Source: Chiloscyllium plagiosum
Taxonomy: Eukaryota
Length of the DNA: 41,197 bases
Assembly: GCF_004010195.1 (NCBI RefSeq)
Contig: NC_057752.1
Coordinates: 11,616,915 to 11,658,111, forward strand
Direction of reading: 5' to 3'
Of the stretch, positions 33,700 through 41,197 are shown in pieces. A program made the translations under genes and the position numbers. Every line of letters begins with the position of its first letter. Positions within the stretch are counted from its first letter, which is position 1. The notes below the pieces were generated by a model. That model made no database searches. It had not been told where the DNA came from and was given only the letters and a program-made list of their open reading frames with translations.

Positions 33700-35330
33700 T
33701 GCACACTGTACAGCACAAGAAAGAACCTTTGGCCCACGATTTTGTGCCGAACCAGAAGCCAAAATAAACAGTGCCTTTCTAGGTGGTACGGTGGCCCGGT
33801 GGTTAGCACTGCTACCTCACAGTGCCAGGGGTCTGGGTTTGGTTCCTGTCTCAGGCGACTGTCTGTGTGGAGTTTTCACATTCTCCCTGTATCTGCGTGA
33901 GTTTCCTCCCAAAATTCAAACATATGCAGGTGAGGTGAACTGGCCATGCTAAATTGCGCATAGTGCTTTGGGATGTGTATGTTCGGTGCATTAGTCAGGG
34001 GCAATAACAGGGAATGGGTCTGGGTGGATACTCTTTGGAGGGTTGGTGTGGAAGTGTTGTGCCAAATGACCTGCTTTCACACTGTCAGGATTCCATGATT
34101 CTGCCTGCCCTGGGTTTATTTCCCTGTATTCCCTCAAGTCATGTGGTTATCTAAATGTCTCTTAAATGCCGCTGTTGTATCTGCCTCCACCAATACCCCT
34201 GGCAGTACATTCCAGACTCCTCCGGTTCTCTGTGTGAAACATTTGCCCCTCACATCTCCTTTGAACTTTCCTTTTTCACCTTAAATGCATTTCCTCTCGT
34301 ATTAGACATTCCAATTCCTGGGATAAAAAGATTCTGACCTTCAACCCTATCTATGCATCTCATAATTTTATAGATTTCTATCACGTCTCCCGTCTTCCTC
34401 TCCTGCTCCAGAGAGAACAACCTGAATTTGTCACACCTCTCCTTATATCTCATACCCTCTAATCCAGGCAGCATCCTGCTAAACTGTGTCTGCCCCTTTC
34501 CAAAGCCTCGAACTGTGAATGAACCAAAGTTGAATAAAAATGCAATATGACATCCTGACTCTTGTACTGAGTTCCATGACTAATCAAGACAAGCATTCCA
34601 TATGCCTTGTTGCCCACCCAATCTACTTGTGTAGCCATTGTCAGGGAGCTATTGACTTGAACCCCAAGATCCCTGTGTGTAACAATGCTGTTCAGTGTCC
34701 TACAATTAACAGTATACATTTCCTTGTCATCTGAGCTTTCAAAGTGCAGCACCTTACAATTACCTGGATTCAACTCCATCTGCCATTTCTGTGCCCATAT
34801 CTGCAACTGATCTATATTGCTCTATATCATTTGACAACCTTCTACACTATCCACAGCTCCATCGATCTTTGTATTATCTGCAAACTTCTGAACCCACCCA
34901 TCTGTATTGTCGTTCAAATCATTTACATATATCACAAACAGCAGAGGTCTGATTATGAATCCCTGCGAAACACCATTAGTCATGGACCACCAGCCTGAGA
35001 AACACCCTTCCACCACTACCATCTGCCTTCTATGGGCAAGCCAATTCTGAATCTACACAGCCAGGTTACCATAGATACCATGCATCTCAAACTTTTGAAT
35101 GAGACTATCATGAGTGAGCTTGTCGAAAGCCTTACTAAAATATATGTAAGTAACATCCATTGCTCTACGATCATCAATCACCTTTGTCACCTTCTCAAAG
35201 AAAATCCACTCAAGATAGTAAGACATGACCTGCCTTTCATGGAGCCATCCTGACTGTGCCTGATTAGGCCATGGTTTTGCAAATGTGCGTAAATTCTATC
35301 ACGAAGAGTTCTCTCCAATAGCTTCCCAAT
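33700..35330 (-). mobile_element. 5'-truncated CR1 LINE interrupted by an HE1 SINE
   Basis: ORFs 34250-34474, 34459-34806 and 34822-35022 (GVSQGFIIRPLLFVIYVND..KFADNTK, WQMELNPGNCKVLHF, GDVIEIYKIMR). Confidence 0.9.
33782..34101 (+). mobile_element. HE1 V-SINE
   Basis: GGTGGCCCGGTGGTTAGCACTGCTACCTCACAG head, GTGTGGAGTTTTCACATTCTCCC V-domain and GATTCCATGATT tail. Confidence 0.9.
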
Positions 35331-35654
35331 TCTCTCCACTAGCGTCTCAAATTCTCTCAGTATACCCCTGTTGACTTTATGAGCCTCTGTATATTCGCAT
35401 AAATTTTTTCAAGTACAAATTACCCAGTCAGTTTGTCAAGCAATATTTCTGCAATCAAGATTTCCGCAATAAAAGGAGATGACACTGATCTGATGGGCCA
35501 AAGGACCTCTTCTGTGCTGTATGATCCTATGATTCCCTGAGACACAACTCGATCCTCAACAAAATCTGGGTCTTTTACGCAATATCCAGCTGCAAACTGC
35601 CTGAAATATACAGCATAACCATTCACTGCGACACAGGGCATTGCAAGGACAAGG

Positions 35655-35800
35655 GATGACCTGGTGATATTGTCATTAAGCCTACAATCCAGTTAATGTT
35701 CTGGGACATGAGTTCAAATCCTGCTATGGCAGATGGTTGAATGTGAGTTCAATGGAAAATCTGGAATGAAGAATCGAATTTTGACCATAAAACATTTGCT
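35655..35800 (+). mobile_element. Probable second tRNA-derived SINE family, degenerate
   Basis: B-box GAGTTCAAATCC followed by GGCAGATGGTTGAATGTGAGTTCAAT..AATCTGGAAT. Recognised from memory as a common shark repeat. Confidence 0.45.
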
Positions 35801-35924
35801 TCTTGTTTGGGGAAAATGAAGGCATGTGTGATGACTATGAAATGGAGAAACCCAAATTTTTGCAGACAGTTATGGTACAAAATCCAGACAGAAGCAGATG
35901 ACAGTTAAAGTCATAACTCTTTGC

Positions 35925-36815
35925 TTTTTCCACTAGTGGGACGTGGGCGTCGCTGGCTGGGCCCAGCATTTATTGTCTGTCCCTAGTTGCCCCTAGAAGA
36001 TGGTGGTGAGCTGCTTCCTGAACTGCATCAGTCCATTTGCTGTATGTTGACCCACCATGTTGTTTAGGAGGGAGCTCCAGGATTTTGACTCAGCAACTGT
36101 GAAGGAACGGCAATATATTTCCAAATCAGAACGGTGAGTAGCTTGGAGGGAAAGTGCAGGGATTGATATTCCCAAGTATCTGCTGTCCTTCTCCTTCTAG
36201 ATCAAAGTGGTCATGGGTTTGGAAGGTGCTGTGTGAGGAGCCTTGGTGAATTTCTGCAGTGCATCTGGTAAGTGGTACATACTGCTGCTACTGAGCGTCA
36301 GATGTGGGGGGTGTGGATGCTTGTGGATGTACAGCCCAATCAAGCGAGCTGCATTGACCTGCACATCCACTAATATCATTTATTGTATCCGTTGCTCCCG
36401 ATGCGGTCTCCTCTACATTGGGGAGACTGGGCGCCTCCTAGCAGAGCGCTTTAGGGAACATCTCCGAGACACCCGCACCAATCAACCAAACCGCCCCGTG
36501 GCCCAACATTTCAACCCCCCCTCCCACTCTGCCAAGGATATGGAGGTGCTGGGCCTCCTCCACCACCGCTCCCTCACCACCAGACAGCCTTCAGCCTGAA
36601 GGGCTTTTGCCCGAAACGTCGATTTCGCTGCTCCTTGGATGCTGCCTGAACTGCTGTGCTCTTCCAGCACCACTAATCCAGAATCTGGTTTCCAGCATCT
36701 GCAGTCATTGTTTTTACCTTGCTGACTGACCTGCTCTGTTTATCCAGCACCACTCTAATCTTGTCCTGGATGGAGTCGAGCTTCTTGCTGGGATTGCATC
36801 CATCCATGCAAGTGA
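35925..36815 (-). mobile_element. Non-LTR retrotransposon 3' end distinct from the other CR1 copies (clade unresolved), interrupted by a Penelope-like insert
   Basis: ORF 35993-36175 ends SFTVAESKSWSSLLN..GLMQFRK (WNSLP-like LINE C-terminus), followed by AATAAA on the minus strand. Confidence 0.6.
36357..36760 (+). mobile_element. Penelope-like element: GIY-YIG endonuclease fragment plus terminal repeat
   Basis: TCTSTNIIYCIRCSRCGLLYIGETGRLLAERFREHLRD..VAQHFNPPSH, i.e. GIY-YIG with the CxxC insertion typical of Penelope-like elements. Followed by a hammerhead remnant (CTGA-A-GGGC-TTTT-GCCC-GAAA-CGTC, 3 nt missing) and the shared tail. Confidence 0.93.
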
Positions 36816-36838
36816 ATTGCAAGCTATCAGAAAGAACT

Positions 36839-37153
36839 TTAGATTAGATTACTTACAGTGTGGAAACAGGCCCGTCGGCCCAACAAGTCCACGCCGACCT
36901 GCCGAAGCACAACCTAACCAGACCCATTCCCCTACATTTACCCCTTCACCTAACACTACGGGCAAGTTAGCATGGCCAATTCACCTAACCTGCACATTTT
37001 TGGACTGTGGGAGGATACCAGAGCACCCGGAGAAAACCCACGCAGACACGGGAAGAATGTGCAAACTCCACACAGTCAGTCGCCTGAGGTGGGAATTGAA
37101 TGTGGATCTCTGGTGCTGTGAGGCAGCAGTGCTAACCACTGTGCCACCGTGCC
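36839..37153 (-). mobile_element. HE1 V-SINE
   Basis: Reverse complement GGCACGGTGGCACAGTGGTTAGCACTGCTGCCTCACAG, V-domain and (TAATC)n tail. Confidence 0.93.
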
Positions 37154-37462
37154 CCCATATAACTGCATATGTATTAAGTAACTTGGTGCTGACTCAATGG
37201 CTAGACAGTGTTTTGAACAGAGAACTCCACATGACAACTTTCACTCTCAATCTTAAAATTGGTTGAGAAGATGCCGCATTTGTGTGCACAAATATATTTT
37301 TACAAAGCAACATTAATCATCTTGTGAACGTACAATACAGGAGAAGCATGCCATTCAGTCCTCAAGCCTGTCCCACAATCCAATAAGATCTTGGTTGATC
37401 TGTTAAATTTAGAAACCTCACTCTCTCAATCTTGCTGTCAAGATTCAGCAACTGGGTGACAA

Positions 37463-38136
37463 CATTATGGCTTCAAGAAGTCTATTCTGTCCTGCTTGTT
37501 TTTGTGAAAAGAGGTTAAGACAGAGGTGCAGAGCAGACTGCTCCAAGCCAACAAAGTAAACAGCTTGTGAGACGCTGATTTTTTTAAAGTAGGAACAATA
37601 AAGGCAGCCTGAAGGGGATGTGACAAGATCCCAAAGAACCAGGATTTTTTGTTTAACTTGCAGTAGCTGTTGGGGTTTGGAAGCAGCTCCACGTCCCTCC
37701 CTGCTACACCAAAACACGTGAGTTCTCTCTCTCTCTTTCTCTCTCTCTCTGTCGCTCTCTCTCTCTCAGAGTTTTCCCTTGATGTTCTTTCCTCCTGGGC
37801 TGGAGAATTGCATGTGAGATAATCTATTTCACTGACTATGCCTTTGCCAAGGGTGTGTTTATGGGATGTTACAACATAGGAACAGTTGTTGTTCAGGAGT
37901 CAAATCATGTATTATTCTGTTATGTTTTCCAACAGAGTAAAGTTATCCCAATTCGTCTTTCTTTTGTTTGCATTTTAACTGTCGTGCATGAATAAAGTGT
38001 GTTGTGCTTAAAAACTGGTAGTCTGACCAATCGAATCATATCCAGAACGCAACATCTTACACGTGCATTGAGAAAACGTTGGTATCTAGGCCATCTTCTT
38101 AAAATAATTCGAAGGGATTTGGTCTGGTCCAAAACA
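37463..38136 (+). mobile_element. Probable solo LTR (Gypsy-type)
   Basis: About 670 bp with imperfect short inverted ends (CATTATGG...CCAAAACA), an internal (CT)n tract and AATAAA at 37991. No PBS follows and no clean TSD is visible. Confidence 0.45.
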
Positions 38137-38329
38137 GACAGTGAGATTTGTTTCTGCATTATTTTCATCGAAACGTGTGGAGCTGACTGCAACCGTTTCA
38201 GATCTCACAGTGGCATCTGTCCCGGAACAACTTCATGGAGTCACCAGGAGGCACATATAGCTCAGAGTAAAGGAATGCCAATACTGAAAATGTCTTTCTG
38301 CATTACCGTTTTGCATTGTTTCTGTAAAT

Positions 38330-38675
38330 TCCACTTTTGGAACACTGCGTACGATTCCGGTCACCCTCCTATAGGAAGGATGTTAACAGGACAGTTCAGC
38401 ATAGGGATGGGCCCTTAAGACATGATGTTGTGCCAAACATGATGCTAAATCAAACTAATTCCCTCTGCCTCCAACACCAACCCTGGCAGTGCATTCCAAA
38501 CACCTCCCACTGGCTGTATAAATAACTTGTCCCTCACGTCTCCTTTGAATTTTCGCCCTCTCAACTGAAATGTATTCTCTCTGGTATTAGACATTTCAAC
38601 TCTGGGAAGAAGAATCTGACTGTTGGGTCAACTTGAGAGAGTGCAGAAAATATTTACAAGGATGTTGCCTGGATG
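38330..38675. mobile_element. CR1 mosaic: + strand ORF2 piece with an inserted minus-strand 3' end
   Basis: LEHCVRFRSPSYRKDV breaks at about 38385 and resumes as LERVQKIFTRMLPG at about 38630. Confidence 0.75.
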
Positions 38676-38699
38676 AGTGGATAGGCAGAGAGGGAGTGC

Positions 38700-38965
38700 A
38701 GTGAACGAGAACAGCAGTTAAGTCATACAAAGGAATGGTTGATAGTGAGCCAGGGAAGGAGAAAAGCAGCAGTGAGGAGAATTAATCGGTGAGAATGGAG
38801 TGGATGTGCTGAGAGCAGCCCATGCAATCACACGGCCTTGGGTGTGGGGATTGGGGCAAAGGCCATGGAAAGAGATGGTCAGGATCAAACGTGAAACGTG
38901 ATATTGAGGCCTGCAGGCCAAGTGGAAAATGAGATGCTGAGAAGAAAGATTTGAATGGAATGCCA
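38700..38965 (-). mobile_element. Old Penelope-like 3' remnant
   Basis: Minus strand gives QHLIFHL, then GLNITF after a frameshift, resembling the GIY-YIG C-terminal LIFxLG..GLN motif. Confidence 0.45.
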
Positions 38966-39208
38966 TCGGAGAGAGGAGCAGAACCACCTTCTGGATGGAA
39001 ATGTTTTTCCTAACATGCCCTTGAACTAATCTACCAATTACCTTAAATCAGTTCCCTCTGACCACAGATATCGCTGCTCAGGGAAGCTGGTCTTCCATAT
39101 CCAATCTATCAAATGCCATCTTCATTCGATTATGTTCCTCTTTAGTTGACTCATCAATGGTTCTTCCGATTTATTCTATGTTCTGCTGTAAGCACAGTCT
39201 TAATATTT

Positions 39209-39318
39209 GGAGAAAGTGAGTAGCAGTCCTGATGAAGGACCTATGCCTGAAACATCGATTCTCCTGCTCCTCAGATGCTATCTGACCTGCTGTGCTTTTC
39301 CAGCACCACACTCTCGAC
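39209..39318 (+). mobile_element. Penelope-like terminal-repeat fragment with degenerate hammerhead
   Basis: CTGATGA (39229-39235)-A-GGAC-CTAT-GCCT-GAAA-CATC-GATTCTCCTGCTCC...TTTTCCAGCACCAC. Confidence 0.85.
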
Positions 39319-39329
39319 ATAGGCCTAAC

Positions 39330-40815
39330 ATTGCCTGCTCTTTCGTCTTCTGATGATGTTCTGAACAGGAAAGTAGAGGCCAGTTAGTTCATCTGTAGAT
39401 GGGAAAATGGTGGAGGCTATTATTAAAGAAAAAATAATGAGACATTTGGATAGAAAGGATTTCACAAGGCAAATGCAGAATGGATTCAGAAAGGGAAGGT
39501 CGTGTTTGACAATCTGATTGGAACTCTTTGAGGATGTAACAATCGCGCTGGATGGAGGGGAACAGTTGGATGTTGTATCCTTGGATTTCCAAAAGGCATT
39601 CAACATAATGCCACATACAAGACTCATCCATAAGATAAGAATGCATGGAGCTGTGGGGAATGTTCTAGTACAGATAGAGGACTGGCTCATCAGAAAATGG
39701 GTGTTTCTCTGGTTGGAGATCATTGGTGAGCAGGGTCTGTGTTGGACCCGCAACTATTCATGATATATAGAAATCATCTGGAAGAGGAGACAAAGCGTAA
39801 CGTATCCAAGTTTGCTGATGACGTGAAACTGAGTGGAAAGGCAAACTGTGCAAAGGGTGTGGAGGGTCTGCAGAGACGTTTAGATCGGTTAAATGAGTGG
39901 ACAAAGGGCTGGCAGATGGGGTACAAGTCGCCAAATGTGAGGTTATCCACTTTGGAAGTAAAAATACTCAGTCAAAGTATTACTTAAATGATAGTCATGA
40001 TTTGGAGGTGCCGGTGATGATTTGGGGTGTACAAAGTTAAAAAATCACACAAATCAGGTTATAGTCCAACAGGCCAATTTGGAAGTACTTGATTTCAGTG
40101 TGCTGCTCCGTCATCGGGTGGTTGAATCGTTAAAAGTTAATTTTCAGGTGCAACAGGCAATCAGGAAGACAAATGGAACATTGTCTTTCACTGCCACAGG
40201 GATTGAATTTCAGAGCAAGGAGGTTCTGCTGCAATTGTACAAGGTATTGGTGAGGCCACACATGGGGTGTTGTGCTCAGTTCTGGTCTCTGGACTTGAGG
40301 AAGTATCTACTGGCTTTGGAGGTGGTGCAGAGGAGGTTCACGCGGTTGATTCCGGAGATAAGGGAAATACCTGATGAGGAGAGGTTGAGCCGCCTGGGAC
40401 TGTAATCACAACAGTTTAGAAAAATGAGAAGGGGATCTTATAGAAACACATAAAATTATGAGATAGAGGGAGGCAGGTTGTTTCCGCTGGTGGGTGAGAC
40501 TAGGACGAGGGGAAATGGCTTCAAGATTAGGGGGAGTAGATTTAGGACAGAGATGAGGGGGATCTGAATTTCCCACAGAGTAGTGAGTCGATGGAATTCT
40601 CTGCCCAGGGAAGCAGTAGAGACAGCTTTATTATATAAATTCAACACACAGTCGGATGGATTTTTGTATTATGGTCGGGGAATTAACGTTTATGAGGATA
40701 ATGCAGGTAGAAGGAACTGAGACGATGGATATATCAGCCATGATCTTAATGATTGGCAGAGCGGGCTCGACGGACCAAATGGCCTACTCCTGCTTCTATT
40801 ACTATGAAACTATAA
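39330..40815 (+). mobile_element. 5'-truncated CR1 LINE
   Basis: LDFQKAF, SKFADD, LYKVLVRPH..AQFWS..VQRRFTRLIP, and the 3' end AATGGCCTACTCCTGCTTCTA. Confidence 0.92.
39993..40125 (-). mobile_element. Third-family Penelope-like terminal fragment inserted in CR1, highly degenerate hammerhead
   Basis: Minus strand reads CCGATGA-C-GGAGC-AGC-ACACT-GAAA. Shares its end with 12497-12540. Confidence 0.5.
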
Positions 40816-40927
40816 TTGCCGAACATATAAGTGACCCTGCTCTCTCTCCACACTGTTTCAAAAATCAACGATACAAGCCAAATATTCTGTCTGCTCTGTC
40901 ATTAGTTCATCAAATAGGTACATTGAA

Positions 40928-41197
40928 TAGAACATAGAACATAGAACAGTACAGCACAGAACAGGCCCTTCAGCCCACGATGTTGTGCCGACTACTGATC
41001 CTCATGTACGCACCCTCAAATTTCTGTGACCATATGTATGTCCAGCAGTCTCTTAAATATCCCCAATGACCCTGCCTCCACAACTGCTGCTGGCAACGCA
41101 TTCCATGCTCTCACAACTCTCTGTGTAAAGAACCCGCCTCTGACATCCCCTCTATACTTTCCTCCAACCAGCTTAAAACTATGACCCCTCATGTTAG
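40928..41197 (-). mobile_element. CR1 LINE 3' end, continuing beyond the window
   Basis: (TAGAACA)3 tail and ACAGCACAGAACAGGCCCTTCAGCCC. The reverse complement matches the 3' end at about 1690-1958. Confidence 0.92.

Overview
Eukaryotic, repeat-rich genomic DNA, almost certainly from a cartilaginous fish (shark). The inference rests on HE1-type V-SINEs, abundant CR1 LINEs and a shark-type GPR139-like receptor. The only intact host gene is a two-exon class A GPCR of the GPR139/GPR142-like family on the + strand: exon 1 at 19571-19637 (not in the ORF track, with a TATA box 80 nt upstream) and exon 2 at 27812-28701, giving 318 aa. Two dead paralogues lie nearby: a frameshifted minus-strand exon 2 (3434-4315) and a C-terminal stump (12866-12973) carried in a local segmental duplication. 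Together these indicate a birth-and-death receptor cluster. The rest is nested mobile DNA: many CR1 LINEs (one near full length), HE1 SINEs, a broken Gmr1-like Gypsy LTR element, a Tx1-like LINE end, a Tigger-like MITE, a 37-bp minisatellite and an old 84-bp tandem repeat. The most striking non-coding signal is a set of short Penelope-like (GIY-YIG) inserts. Most carry hammerhead-ribozyme motifs (CTGANGA-A-stem II-GAAA-CGTC), five have 10-16 bp target-site duplications, and three show a fold-back architecture, including a perfect 108-bp palindrome in the receptor intron. Family assignments come from visual motif recognition, not database searches, and the boundaries of old repeats are approximate.
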